Part shown: positions 1-12,748 of the stretch, piece after piece
How positions within the stretch are numbered: the stretch's first letter is position 1
Layout of the letters: every line of letters begins with the position of its first letter
From: Mobula hypostoma
Lineage: Eukaryota
Assembly (NCBI RefSeq): GCF_963921235.1
Contig: NC_086097.1
Location: 255,690,001 to 255,754,000 of the forward strand
Length of the DNA: 64,000 nucleotides
Reading direction: 5' to 3'
The notes under the pieces: generated by a model
Databases searched by the model: none
The model's input: the letters and a program-made list of their open reading frames with translations, nothing else
What the model was told of the DNA's origin: nothing
Program-made: the position numbers and the translations under genes

Positions 1-39
1 TAATTGATTTATTTGTTTATTTAATTATGGTTTTTTTTT

Positions 40-111
40 GAACTGCTGCTGCTAAGTTAACAAATCTCACGTCACATGCCGGTGATAATAAACCTGATTC
101 TGATTCTGATT
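40..111 (+). mobile_element. 3' tail of a Rex1/Babar-like LINE: AATAAA plus (GATTCT)n
   Basis: Sequence reads 'gataataaacctgattctgattctgatt'. The upstream 'aactgctgctgctaagtta' recurs inverted at about 25820, at the 3' end of the Rex/Babar element. Confidence 0.55.
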
Positions 112-1140
112 CAGTCATGGGCTGATCCAATTCTTCCAGTCATCCCCACTCCCCTGCTTTCTCCCCATACCCTTTGATGCCCGGCTAATCAAGAACATAT
201 TTTTTCTCTGCCTTAAATACACCCAGTGACTTGACCTCCACAGCCGCTCGTGGCAACAAATTCCACAGATTTACCACCCTCTGACTAAAGTAATTTCTCC
301 GCATCTCTGTTCTAAATGGACGTCCTTCAATCCTGAAGGTATGCCCTCTTGTCTCAGAATCCCCTAACATGGGAAATAACTTTACCGTATCTAATCTGTT
401 CAGGGCTTTTAACATTCAGAATGTTTCTGTGAGATCCCCCCCTCATTCTCCTGAACTCCAGACGTTCCTCACATGGTAACCCTTTCATTCCTGGAATCAT
501 TTTTGTGAATCTTCTCTGAACCCTCTCCAATGTCAGTAAATCCTTTCTAAAATAAAGAGCCCAAAACTGCACACAATACTCCAAGTGTGGTCTCACGAGT
601 GCCTTATAGAGCCTCAATATCACATCCCTGCTCTTATATTCTATACCTCTAGAAATGAATGCCAATATTGCATTTGCTTTCTTCACAACCGACTCAACCT
701 GGAGGTTAACCTTTAGGGCATCTTCCACAAGGGCTCCCAAGTCCCTTTGCATCTCTGCATTTTGAATTCTTTCCCCATCGAAATAATAGTTTGCCCGTTT
801 ATTTCTTCCACCAAAGTGCATGACCATACACTTTCCAACATTGTATTTCATTTGCCACTTCTTTGCCCATTCCCCTAAACTATCTAAGTCTCTCTGCAGG
901 CTCTCTGTTTCCTCAACACTACCTGCTTCTCCACCTATCTTTGTATCATCGGCAAATTTAGCCACAAATCCATTAATACCGTAGTCCAAATCATTGACAT
1001 ACAGTACATCATAAAAAGCAGCGGTCCCAGCACCGACCCCTGTGAAACTCCACTGGTAAATGGCAGCCAGCCAGAATAATTCCCACTTTGTTTTCTGCCA
1101 ATCAGCCAATGCTCCACACACGCTTGTAATTCCATAGGCT
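112..1140 (-). mobile_element. CR1 LINE 3' fragment (RT C-terminus, subfamily E), degenerate
   Basis: ORFs with GVSQGSVLGP, KFADDTK, LVRPHLEYC and FSQRVVNLWN. Homologous to 57620-58700 on the opposite strand. Confidence 0.92.
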
Positions 1141-1149
1141 CTTATCTTG

Positions 1150-1850
1150 CTAAGAACCTATCAAGTTCTGCCTTAAATACACTCTAAGGCATGGCCTCCA
1201 CACCTGCCTGTAGTAACAAATTCCACAAATTTAGCACCCTCTGGCTAAAGAAATTTCTCTGCCTCTGTTTAAAATGGACACCCCTCTATTCTGAGGTTGT
1301 GCCCTCTTGTTCTTGACTCCCCCACCAAAGGAAACATCCTTTCCACATCTAATCTGTCCAGGCCTTTCAACATTCGAAAGGTTTCAAACAGATCCCCTCT
1401 CATCCTTCTGAATCCCTGCAAGTATTAACACAGAGCCATGAAACGTTTTTCATATGATACATCTTTCATTCCCAGAATCATCTTTATGCATCTCTCTGAA
1501 CCCTCTCCAATGTCAGCACATCTTTTCTTAGATGAGGAGCCCAGAACTGTTCATAATACTCAAGGTGAGGCCTCACCAGTACCTTATAAAGACTCATTAA
1601 AACATCCTGCTCTTGTATTCTAGATCTCTTGAAATGAATGCTAACATTGCATTTGCCTTCCTCACCACCGACTCAACCTGCAAGTTAACCTTTAGGGTGT
1701 TCTGCACGAGGACTCCCAAGTCCCTTAGCATTTCAGATTTTCGGATTTTCTCCCCATTTAAAAATAGTCTGTACATTTATTTCTACTAACAAAGTACATG
1801 ACCATGCATTTTCCAACACAGTATTTCATTTGCCACTCTCTTGTCCATTC
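1150..1850 (-). mobile_element. CR1 LINE 3' fragment, decayed
   Basis: Nucleotide similarity to the preceding CR1, e.g. 'aacaaattccaca', 'gactcaacctg', 'tatttcatttgccac'. Confidence 0.85.
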
Positions 1851-2310
1851 TGTCATGGTCCGGATCGGGGTCTCTTTAAATTTACTTTGTTTATGTTACG
1901 ATCTGGACCGTTGACTCCCTGTTTCCCTTTGGTTCCCTGTTTTCCCGTGTCCCTCGGCCTTAGTGATTAGAGGCAATTTACTCTCAGCTGAAGCGGTAGT
2001 TTATAGTCTCCGACTTTCAGCTGTTCAGGGCGAGAGCATCTGCAAAGTCACTAAAGGTACGGCGTGCCAATGTCATCTGGCCGGAGCAAGCCTAGTCTCC
2101 GCCCAAAGCGAGTGCCGGTAATTCACCTTTCCTTACCGGGGCAACCCTGTCAAGTTACCTCGCCAAAGCGAGCCTGCAAAGTTTCCTCAACGAGGTGGGT
2201 CCGTCAGTTAACCCGCCAGAGGGAATCAAGAACCGCTGTCTACTGTTCCCAGGCCAAATCGAGAGCTCACAACTACCCGGAGGCTCCAAGTCAAGTCCTG
2301 GCTCCGGGGG

Positions 2311-2555
2311 CATTCAAGTTCCGAGTAAAGTCCTGGCCCTGGCGGCATCCAAGTTTCGAGTCAAGTCCCGTTCCCGGCAGCATCCACGTACCGAGTCAAG
2401 TCCCGGACCTGACAGCATCCAAGTTTCGAGTCAAGTCCCGGCCCTGGCAGCATCCAAGTACCGAGACAAGTCCCGTCCCCGGCAGCATCCACGTACCGAG
2501 TCAAGTCCCGGACCTGGCGGCATCCAAGTACTGAGTCAAGTCCTGGCCCTGGCGG
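2311..2555. repeat. 7 x 35-bp tandem array with 105-bp higher-order period
   Basis: Units resembling 'catccaagtaccgagtcaagtcccggccctggcag' start at 2311, 2346, 2381, 2416, 2451, 2486 and 2521. Confidence 0.92.
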
Positions 2556-2699
2556 TCTGTGATTCCTGTCCTACCCCCCTGTCTGAATCCCTTCTCTGCC
2601 CCTCTCGCCTCTAGCCTTCGTCTGCAGCCCTCGCCTGCACCTCGGTCTAGTTCAATCACCAGATCTGGATAGGTACTGTCTGGTGTTCTTTCGTGTTGG

Positions 2700-2910
2700 T
2701 CTAGTCTTGTCGTCGCCTCTGTGGGGTAAGTCAGACCGTCTTGCCATTGCCCCATGGGGGGTCATGTCTTGTCGTGTCTTGTCCTCGCCTCCATGGGGTA
2801 AGTCAGGCCGTCTTGCCGTTGCCCCGCGGGGGGTCATGTCTTGTCATGTCTTGTCCTCGCCTCCGTGGGGTAAGTCAGGCCGTCTTGCCGTTGCGCCGCG
2901 GGAGGTCATG
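2700..2910. repeat. About 3 x 72-bp tandem array
   Basis: 'ggggtaagtcag' at 2723, 2795 and 2867. Confidence 0.9.
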
Positions 2911-3030
2911 AGTCCCGGCACTATGTTCTGTACCCAAGGAGGGGTCCCGGCTCTCTGTTCTGTGTGTGAGTCCCAGCCCTATGTCCTGTACCCAAGGAGG
3001 GGTCCCGACTCTGTGTTCTGTGTATGTGTC
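2911..3030. repeat. 2 x 58-bp tandem repeat
   Basis: 'tacccaaggaggggtcccg' at 2931 and 2989. Confidence 0.85.
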
Positions 3031-3274
3031 CATGGTTCCATGTACCTGCTGTCCCGAGATCGAGGCTCTGTTTTTCCATGTTCCTCCTCTCCCTAGCCCA
3101 TGTTATGTCCATGCCTGGTTCTGGGGTCCGAGCCCAGGGCAAGACCCAGGTACTGGGTTCTTCCCCAGTCTCTGGCTCGGAGTCCATGCCGTGTCCTCTT
3201 CATGTCGCCACTAGTTCTGGGATCCAATTCCGAGTCTCTCATTTCTCATTTATTTTTCACATACTTGGACTTGG

Positions 3275-3574
3275 TCTCCTTACCTCTATTCTAAAAGGTT
3301 GCTCCTCAATTTTGAGGCTGTGCCCTCCAGTTCTGGATACCCCCACCAGAAGAAACATCCCCTCCACATCTACCTTTCAATATTCAGTGGTTTCAATGAG
3401 ATCCCCCGGCATTCTTCTAAATTCCAGTGAGTACAGGCCCAAAGCTGGCAAACGCTTTTCATCCATTTACCCCCTTCATTCCCAGAATCACCCTCATGAA
3501 CCTCTTCTAGACTTTTTCCAATGACAATACATCCTTTCTGAAATTTGGGGCCAAAAACTGTTGACAATACTCCA
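3275..3574 (-). mobile_element. CR1 LINE 3' fragment, decayed
   Basis: Minus-strand translation includes EYCQQFLAPNFRKDVLSLEKV. Confidence 0.8.
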
Positions 3575-3666
3575 TGTTTCGAGACAAATATTTCAGATAA
3601 AAAAACGGCGCATGTGCACCAACTTTAATCGTCTGCACACGAGTGCATGTAAGGTATATCATAACA
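3575..3666 (-). mobile_element. 3' LTR of the Gypsy element (92 bp)
   Basis: On the minus strand it runs TGTTATGA...GAAACA, directly after the polypurine tract AAAAGGGGGGA (3667-3677). Contains ATTAAA. Confidence 0.75.
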
Positions 3667-4087
3667 TCCCCCCTTTTATAAAACCAAAGAAAAGGAACAA
3701 TTGTATTAACAATTAAACTCAATTTCTCTGAAGTCTGCTTTCCAGTGTATTTACATGGAATTAACTTTCAAAGCATCATGCCTTATGTCTCTTCTGCCTG
3801 TCACAAATACATACCACTCATTATTTCCATTTGTATGAGCATATATACAAAATATAAAACATACTAAAATTCGACTTTAAGTTCAAACTTCAGACTACAC
3901 AACCTCAAATAGGACATGGTCCTTCTTTGAGGATAAACATGACGTTAAAATGCCAAATAGTGTCACAGACCTATTGTTCAATTGTTCATGCAATTATTCA
4001 ATGTGGGACAAAGTCTTCTAGATATTGTGGCTTTTCACTGTGCGTCCAGAACGAGTTTTTACTGTTGTGTCCAAATCCTTTTGTTTG

Positions 4088-5615
4088 TTATTTGCATGTT
4101 AGTGTTTGTGTTGTGTCATTAGCCTCTGCTCGTGTTTGGCTGTGTGCATTTGATGCGGTAGGCACACTGTGGTCATTGATCTCGGTTGTTTGACCTAGTT
4201 TTGCCGGTTCATATGTGATTAGCTTTTCAGGCAGTTCCTCAGCCGTCTTTTGTAGATGTGTGCAATTACGGCGGTAGATCCCAGAAGGGGTTTGAACTAC
4301 ATATGAACGCTCATCAAGGCGCCGACACACAATTGCTTTCTCCCAAATCTTATTACCTTGCACCAGGGGTTGCATGTGCACGGTATCCCCTTGATCGAGT
4401 GGGGCAAGATCTTTGGCTGATTTATTGTAATTGTCGGCCTGCTGCTGGACGCGTTGTTCCACGTCCTCGCGTTCGCATACACCTCTGGGTTCCAGTAAAC
4501 TCGCTGTTGTAGGCAGGAGCGTGCGTGTGTGGCGATTCATCAATCGCTGGGCAGAACTCGTGCCGAGCCCTTGCCAAGGTGTGTTGCGGTGGTCTAGAAG
4601 TGCGAGGTCGGGATCTGTTCGCAATTTGTTGCTCTTTGTGAGGATCCCCTTAGCTGTTTTAACTGCTGATTCCGCTTTTCCATTCGCTCTGCTATTTCTG
4701 GGGCTGCTCAAAATCCCATTTTCGTGCAAATCTGTGAAACTCCTCTGACCTGACACAAGTGCTCAGAATCCCATTCTCGTGCAAACCTGTGAAACTCCGC
4801 TGACCTGTATTGTGGCCCATTATCACTAACCACTTGTGTTGGGCTACCATATCTCACAAAATGAGCCTTCAATTTGCGAATAACGGCTGCTACCTCGAAG
4901 AAATTGCTGTAGTGGTCAATGGTGACAAGGTACTCTTTTCTTTCGAATGTAAACAGGTCAGTACCTATCTTTTCCCATGGCTGAGCAGGTACCTCATGAC
5001 TCGTAAGCGATTCTTTCTGCTGACTCATTTCGTATGTGCGACAAATATCACATGTAGCAATATATTGCTTGATGTCACTGCTCATGCCTGGCCAAAAAGA
5101 CATTCGCGTGCGCGTCTGAGGCACCCTTCTACGCCCAAGTGTGACGAATGAATTCTTTCCTTCATTTGCTTCCGCTCACTTTGCGGTACGATGACACGCT
5201 CACCTTTGAAGATTAAGCCGTCTTGGAGTGTTGGACTGCGAGCTCATCCCTATAGCTATAGTAAGGTGTGAGTTGCTCTGGTAGCGTGTCACGTTTGCTC
5301 GGCCATCCACTGATGATTATACGTTTCAACATCTGTAGTGTGTCATCTTGTGCTGTTTCTATGCGAATCTGTTCTAGACACTCATCGCGGATTGGCAGGT
5401 GCTATAGCACGTTGACTTCGTCGAGGCTGTTCTCCTGGCCTGGAGTACTGCTAACTGCTCGCGATAGCGTATCCGCGAGGTGCATGAGCTTTCCTTGACA
5501 GTAGGTGATGTCAAAGTCATAGTTCTGCAGGTGAAGAGGCACTCCCTGTAGGCGCTTTGGTGCCTTCACCAACGGCTTCTTAGCTATCATTTGGAGTGGC
5601 TTGTGATCGCTGAGT
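4088..5615 (-). pseudogene. Ty3/Gypsy pol remnant (RNase H, integrase zinc finger, integrase core), frameshifted
   Basis: SDHKPL (RNase H). HSSHLG...FWPGMSSDIKQYIATCDIC (HHCC). PWEKIGTDLF, SDNGPQY and NGKAESAVK (DDE core). Confidence 0.92.
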
Positions 5616-5661
5616 ACTCTTGTGGTTAACACCACTTCCCTACTAACATGTATTTCCCTCA

Positions 5662-7545
5662 CCTTGAAGAGTTCCGTTTCTACCCATAAAGAAACATCAT
5701 AGAAGCAACGCCTTTTCACCATATGATGTTAATGTGGAAGAGTGAACACTAAATGGTTAACCTTACTATGACTCCATCTTCTTTGGCTCTGGTTTAACTT
5801 GGTGTTTAGTCAGAGTTTCAACACACTGCATGAGAACACTACAGTGAAAAGGCGAAATCATTACATTTCAACAAGTGGTACGATGGCTTCGCGATCAAGC
5901 ACCAAGTCGCTTGAATCCAGCGCCAAGAGCAGTAGGACGTCGACAAGTGTGGCTGTCCTCGCAAGAGCTAAAGCAGAAGCTGCCAAGGTGCGAGTGTCAT
6001 ACGCTAACCAAGAAGCAAAACTGAAAATGGAAAAGGCTGCCAGAGAAAAGGAAAACCAGTTGGAATGGCAAGGATAGACACAGAGTTAGAAGTGCTGACA
6101 CTACAACGAGAAGCTGATCCAACCGCGGTGGAAGCACAAGTGATGGAAAACACTGAAGAAATGCACATTCCAGATGAAACAGCAAAATCTATGTCAGAAA
6201 GGGCCAAATTGGGATGCACCATTGAATATGTCTAATCTCAAATTGACCTGTAGATTCATTCTCCCTCTCCATACTTGCCTGTTGGCATCCCATCTTATGT
6301 GAAATTACAGGGAAGCTTCATTGCATCGCGTCCACTTGGGGAAGACAACTTTGCAACTTTGCCACAAACTCAAGTATGAAAGGGCTGACTACGAATACTT
6401 CCCGACACCAAACTTACCAGATCCGGCGAGATCAGAGACAAAGGCTGAAGTCAGAACAGCAAATCCCATCGTGAACGTACATGCTCAGTCATATGTTCCC
6501 CAACATATTCCCCCAGCTAGCATGCCACCTGCAAAAGAACCCTTGGCACAGTATTTAGCGCGACGAGACCTCGTCAATTCAGGACTGTACCAGTTTGACG
6601 ATAAGCCTGAAAATGACCATGCGTGGTACCCCTCATTCACCAGTGCCACCGGCGGAGTCCAGCTCACAGCAACCCAAGAGTTGGACCTTATGACTAAATG
6701 GCTGGGAAAGGAATCAAGTGAACAGGTGAAACGCATACGCTCAGTGTACGTCAACAACCCCAAGCTAGCCTTGCACAAAGCATGGGAGAGACTTCGGGAC
6801 TGCTATGCAGCCCCTGAAATTATTGAGAGGGCGCTATTTCAATGGTTGGACAATTTTCCTAGGGTGTCAGCCAAGGACCACACAAAATTACGAGAACTTG
6901 GAGATTTAGTTATGGAGATTCAAGGTGCTAAAGAAGAAGGCTATTTAACTGGCCTGTCGTATGTGGATACCTCACGCGGAGTTGGACCAATTGTGGACAA
7001 ACTTCCATTTGGGCTGCAGGAAAGATGGGTGTCTACTGGCTCGGAGTACAAGGAAGAGAACGGTGGTCGATTCTCTCGCTTTGAGTATTTTAGTAGGTTT
7101 GTGTGCAAGCTGGCGAAGAGGCGAAACGACCCCTAGCTTCATGAGTCAAGGCAGCATCACAACTCACACCAACCCAGTCAAACCCATTTTGAACAATTTT
7201 CTCATCAATAAACCCATCTCAGTGCATAAAAGCGAAGTCTCCGCAATCAACGATGACCCTAGCAAGAATTGTCCATTGCACAACAAATCCCACACCCTCA
7301 AAAAATGCAGAATGTTTCAAAACAAACCCTTTGACGAAAGAAAGGCCCTTCTCAAGGAAAAAAGAATAAGTGCTGTTCCTCTACCTCCCACCTTGCTAAA
7401 GAGTGTGCGTTCCCCGCAAAGTGCTCGGAATGTAACAGCAGTAATCACGATGGAGCCATGCATCCTGGCCCATCACCACAAACTGCCAAGGCTTCTCCGC
7501 TCCCACAGGAGGATGGCGGGGAGGGAGAGCATCACTCTGATACAA
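5662..7545 (+). mobile_element. BEL/Pao LTR retrotransposon 5' part: LTR remnant ending at about 5843, and disrupted gag from about 5883
   Basis: '...actaca|gtgaaaagg' LTR/internal junction. Gag-like ARAKAEAAKVR, LARRDLV...FDDKPEN...W...ELDLMTKWLG (DUF1759-type) and a CPLH...H...C knuckle. Confidence 0.8.
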
Positions 7546-7730
7546 CTACTGTCAACTCCTCTCTCATGCCTCTGTAATTCCATTTATTCCATTGCAATAC
7601 TGATACATGTGAATTATGCTTCTCTCTCTCAAACTGCAGTACGAACTCAGTCATATTATGATCGCTGTCTCCTAAGGGCTCCTTTACATTAAGCTCCCTC
7701 TTAAGGTCTGGGTTATTACAGAACACCCAA
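7546..7730 (-). mobile_element. CR1 endonuclease-domain fragment
   Basis: Translation VKEPLGDSDHNM. Confidence 0.85.
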
Positions 7731-7735
7731 TAAAT

Positions 7736-7838
7736 ATAATAAACATCTCCTCAGGTCTGTGTAAATAACAAACATCTTCGCATATCTGTGTAACTAATAA
7801 ACATCCCCTCAGGTCTGTGTAACTAACAAACCCATCCC
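7736..7838. repeat. About 3.5 x 29-bp minisatellite
   Basis: Unit resembling 'aataaacatcccctcaggtctgtgtaact', with 'aaac' anchors at 7741, 7770, 7799 and 7828. Confidence 0.85.
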
Positions 7839-7839
7839 A

Positions 7840-8275
7840 TGTGCTAGTGAGGGTAAAAGTAGGAAGATTATACAGTTTGACATGTGGCTAAGGAGTTGGT
7901 ACAAGAGGGAAGACATAAGATATTTGGATCAGTGGGCTCTCTTTCAGGGAAGGGGGGACCTGTACAGAGAAATGGTTTGCTCCTGAACTGGAAGGGGACT
8001 AATATCCTAGGGGAAGGTGTGCTAACGCTGTACCGTAGGGTTTAAACAATAGTTGCAGGGGGATGGGAACCAAAGAAGCAGAACAGTTAGTGGAGAGGTT
8101 GTGGAGATAGATGTTGGCAAGATATTAGACAAAGTCATGCAAGGAGCATATGGAGCTCAGAAAAATAGAGGGCTATGGGTAACCCTAGGTAATTTCTCAG
8201 GTAAGGACATGTTTGGCACAGCTTTGTGGGCCAAAGGGCCTATATTGTGCTGTAAATTTTCTATGTTTCTATGTT
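7840..8275 (+). mobile_element. CR1 ORF1/ORF2 junction fragment joined to a CR1 3' tail
   Basis: Decayed esterase C-terminus, junction 'gggtttaaacaatagttgcagggggatgggaacc', and tail 'ttctatgtttctatgtt'. Confidence 0.8.
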
Positions 8276-8279
8276 ATAT

Positions 8280-9469
8280 CCAAACATCTCTTAAAAGCCT
8301 CTGATATATTTGCCACTACCACCATACCAAGCAGTACATTTCAGGCACTCATGAATCTCTGAGTTAAGAAACTTACCCTCACATCCCCCTTGAACCTACC
8401 CCCTCTCATCTTCAATGCAAGCCCTCTGGCATTATGCATTTCAACCCTGGGAAACAGGTACTCTCTGCCCCTCATAATCTTGTAAACCTCCATCAGATCT
8501 CTCAGCCTCTGACGCTCCTGAGAAAACAACTCAAGTTTGTCCAGCCTCTCGTCATAGCACATGCCCTCTACACCATGCAGCATCCTGGTAAGTAAGCCTC
8601 TCCTGCACCCTCTACAAAGCCTCATATTCCTTCCCATAGTGGGGCGACCGGAACTGTACACAATACTCCAGATGGCCTAACCAGAGTTTTATAAAGTTGC
8701 AACATAACCTCATGACTTTTGAACTCAATGCCTTAACTAATGAAGCATTCCATAAGTCTTCTTAACCACCTTATCAACCTGTGTAGCCAGTTTCAAGGAG
8801 CAAGTGCATCCCAAGATCTCTCTGCTCAGCAACACCATTAAAGACCTTACCCTTAACAGTGTACTGTCTCCTTGTATTTGCACTACTGAGCTACATCTCA
8901 GATTTATCTGGGTTAAACTCCATCTGTCATTTCTCTACCCATATCTGCAACTGATCTATATCATGCTGTATTCTTTGCCAGTCTTCTACACTCCTTCAAT
9001 TTTGGTATCATCCACAGACTTAATAATCCACCTATCCACATTGTCATCCAGGTCATTTATATACATCACAAACAGCAGAGCTCCTAGCACAGATCCCTGT
9101 GGAACACCACTAATTACAGACCTCCAGCTCGATAAGTCCCTTCAAAAACTACCCTCTGTCTTCTTTGAACAAACTAGTTCTGAATCCAAAGAGCCAATTT
9201 ACCATGGATACCAAGCATCTTAATCTTCTGAATAAGTCTCCTTTGAGGGACTGAATCAAATGGCACATGAAAATCCATGTAGACAACATCTACTACCCTA
9301 CCCTCATCAACCTCTCTCATTGCCTTGTCAAAAAACTCAACCAAGTTGGTAAGGCACGACCTGCCACACACAAAGCTATGATAGCTCCCCCTAATTAGGC
9401 CATGGGTTTCCAAATGCTCATGTATCCAATCCCTACGAATTTCCTCCAGCAATTTCCCTACAACTGACG
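8280..9469 (-). mobile_element. CR1 RT fragment, decayed
   Basis: RSCLTNLVEFF and VDVVYMDF. Confidence 0.88.
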
Positions 9470-12400
9470 TAGAACATAGAACATAGAATAGTACAGCACA
9501 TTACAGGCCCTTCAGCCCACAATGTTGTGCCGACCCTCAAACCCTGCCTCCCATATAACCCCCCAAATTTAAATTCCTCCATATACCTGTCTAGTTGTCT
9601 CTTAACCTTCACAAGTGTATCTGCCTCCACCACTGACTCAGGCAGTGCATTCCACACACCAACCACTCTGAGTAAAAGATATCCCCCTTGAATTTCCCAC
9701 CCCTTACCTTAAAGCCATGTCCTCTTGTATTGAGCAGAGGTGCCCTGGGGAAGAGGCGCTGGCTATCCACTCTATCTATTCCTCTTATTATCTTGTACAC
9801 CTCTATCATGTCTCCTCTCATCCTCCTTCTCTCCAAAGAGTAAAGCCCTAGCTCCCCTAATCTCTGATCATAATGCATACTCTCTAAACCAGGCAGCATC
9901 CTGGTAAGTCTCCTCTGTACCCTTTCCAATACTTCCACATCTTTCCAATAGTGAGGCAACCAGAACTGGACACAGTACTCCAAATGTGGCCTAACCAGAG
10001 TTTTATAGAGCAACATTATTACATCACGACTCTTAAACTCTATCCCCTGACTTATGAAAGTTAACACAGCATAAGCTTTCTTAACTACCCTATCCACCTG
10101 TGAGGCAACTTTCAGGGGTCTCTGGACATGTACCCGCAGATCTCTCTGCTCCTCCACACTACCAAGTATCCTGCCATTTACTTTGTACTCTGCCTTGGAG
10201 TTTGTCCTTCCAAAGTGTACCACCTCACACTTCTCCGGGTTGAACTCCATCTGCCACTTCTCAGCCCACTTCTGCATCCTATCAATGTCTCTCTGCAATC
10301 TTTGACAATCCTTTACACTATCTACAACACCACCAACCTTTGTGTCGTCTGCAAACTTGCCAACCCACCCTTCTACTCCCACATCCAGGTCATGAATAAA
10401 AATCACGAAAAGTGGAGGTCCCAGAACAGATCCCTGTGGGACACCACCAGTCACAATCCTCCAATCCGAACGTACTCCCTGCACCACGACCCTCTGCCTT
10501 CTGCAGGCAAGCCAATTCTGAATCACCTGGCCAAACTTCCCTGGATCCCATGTCTTCTGACATTCTGAATAAGCTTAACGTGTGGAACCTTGTCAAATGC
10601 CTTACTAAAATCCATATAAATCATATCCACTGCACTGCCCTCATCTATATGCCTGGTCACCTACTCAAAGAACTCTATCAGGCTTGTTAGACACAATCTA
10701 TCCTTCACAAAGCCATGCTGACTGTCCCTGATCAGACCATGATTCTCTAAATCCTATCTCTAAGAATCTTTTCCAACAGCTTTCCCACCACAGACGTAAG
10801 GCTCACTGGTCTATAATTACCCGGACTATCCCTACTACCTTTTTTGAACAAGGGAACAACATTCGCCTCCCTCCAATCCTCCGGTACCATTCACGTGGAT
10901 AACGAGGACATAAAGATCCTAGCCAGAGGCTCAGCAATCTCTTCCCTCGCCTCATGGAGCAGCCTGGGGAATATTCCGTCAGGCCCTGGGGAATTATCCG
11001 TCCTAATGTATTTTAACAACTCCAACACCTCCTCTCCCTTAATATCAACATGCTCCAGAACATCAACCTCACTCATATTGTCCTCACCATCGTCAAGTTC
11101 CCTCTCATTGGTGAATATTGAAGAGAAGTATTCATTGAGGACCTCGCTTACTTCCACAGCCTCCAGGCCCATCTTCCCACCTTTATCTCTAATCGGTCCT
11201 ACCTTCACGCCTGTCATCCTTTTGCTCTTCACATAATTGAAGAATGCCTTGGGGTTTTCCTTTACCCTACTCGCCAAGGCCTTCTCATGCCCCCTTCTTG
11301 CTCTTCTCAGCCCCTTCTTAAGCTCCTTTCTTGCTTCCCTATATTCCTCAATAGACCCAACTGATCCTTTATTCCGAAACCTCATGTATGCTGCCTTCTT
11401 CCACCTGACTAGATTTTCCACCTCACTTGTCACCCATGGTTCCTTCACCCTACCATTCTTTATCTTCCTCACTGGGACAAATTTATCCCTCACCTCCAGC
11501 AAGAGATCTCTAAACATCGAACACATGTCTGTAGTACATTTCCTTGCAAAAACATCATCCCAATTCACACCCGCAAGTTCTAGCCTTATAGCCTCATAAT
11601 TTGCCCTTCCCCAATTAAAAACTTTCCTGTCCTCTCTGATACTATCCTTTTCCATGATAATGCTAAAGGCCAGGGAGCGGTGGTCTCTGTCCCCCAGATG
11701 CTCACCCACTGAAAGATCTGTGACCTGACCCGGTTCATTACCTAGTACTAGATCTAGTATGGCATTCCCCCTAGTTGGCCTGTCAACATACTGTGACAGA
11801 AATCCGTCCTGGACACACTTAACAAACTCTGCCCCATCTAAACCCTCGGAACTAATCAGGTGCCAATCAATATTAGGGAAGTTAAAGTCACCCATGATAA
11901 CAACCCTGTTATTTTTGCACCTTTCCAAAATCTGCGTCCCAATCTGCTCCTCTGTATCTCTGCTGCTACCAGGGGGACTATAGAATACGCCCAATAGAGT
12001 AACTGCTCCCTTCCTGTTCCTGACTTCCACCCATACTGACTCAAAAGAGGATCCTGCTATATTACCCACCCTTTCTGTAGCTGTAATAGTATCCCTGACC
12101 AGTAATGCCACCCCCTCCCCTTTTCCCCCTTCTCTATCCCTTTTAAAGCACTGAAATCCAGGTTATTCAGAATCTATTCCTGCCCTGGTGCCAGCCAATT
12201 CTCTGTAATGGCCACTACATCATAATTCCATGTATGTATCTAAGCTCTCAGTTCATCACCTTTGTTTCTGATGCTTCTTGCATTGAGGTACACACACTTC
12301 AGCCCTTCTACCTTACTGCCTTTATACCCTTTATTCTGCTTCTCTTTCCTCAAAGTCTCTCTATATGTTAGATCTGGCTTTACTCCATGCACTTCTTTCA

Positions 12401-12748
12401 CTGCTCTATCGCTCTGGGTCCCATCCCCCTTTCAAATTAGTTTAAACCCTCCCGAACCATGCTAGCAAACCTACCTGCAAGGATATTGCCCAGCCTCGAG
12501 TTCAGGTGCAACCCATCCAATCTGTACAAGTCCCACCTTCCCCAGAAGAGATCCCAATGATCCAAAAATCTAAAGCCCTGCTCCCTGCACCAACTCCTCA
12601 GCCACACATTCAACTGCCATCTCCTCCAATTCTTACCATCATTGTCACAGAGCACTGGCAGCAATCCTGAGAACGCCACCCTTGAGGTCCTGTTCTTCAG
12701 CCTTCTGCCTAATTCCCGAAACTCACACTTCAGGACCTCATCCCTCTT
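9470..12748 (-). mobile_element. CR1 LINE (subfamily F), 5'-truncated: end of ORF1 plus complete but disrupted ORF2
   Basis: ORF1 end DGLHLN...REGLN*. APE motifs GDFN and DLVL. RT motifs [10 protein letters not shown] and KFADD. (TTCTATG)n tail at 9470-9490. Confidence 0.95.

Larger units (their letters stand above)
1851..3270. mobile_element. LTR-like (probably Gypsy) non-coding segment with internal tandem arrays
   Basis: Begins TGTCA exactly where the CR1 similarity stops, is GC-rich and holds three minisatellite arrays. No clear terminal CA or TSD at the far end. Confidence 0.5.

Noticed and set aside
2311..2555. CRISPR-like array (35-bp periodicity)
   Set aside because: Units are head-to-tail with no unique spacers, no cas genes are present, and the context is eukaryotic.
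2064..3524. Multiple overlapping 80-166 aa ORFs
   Set aside because: These arise from GC-rich tandem repeats. The translations are low-complexity and periodic.
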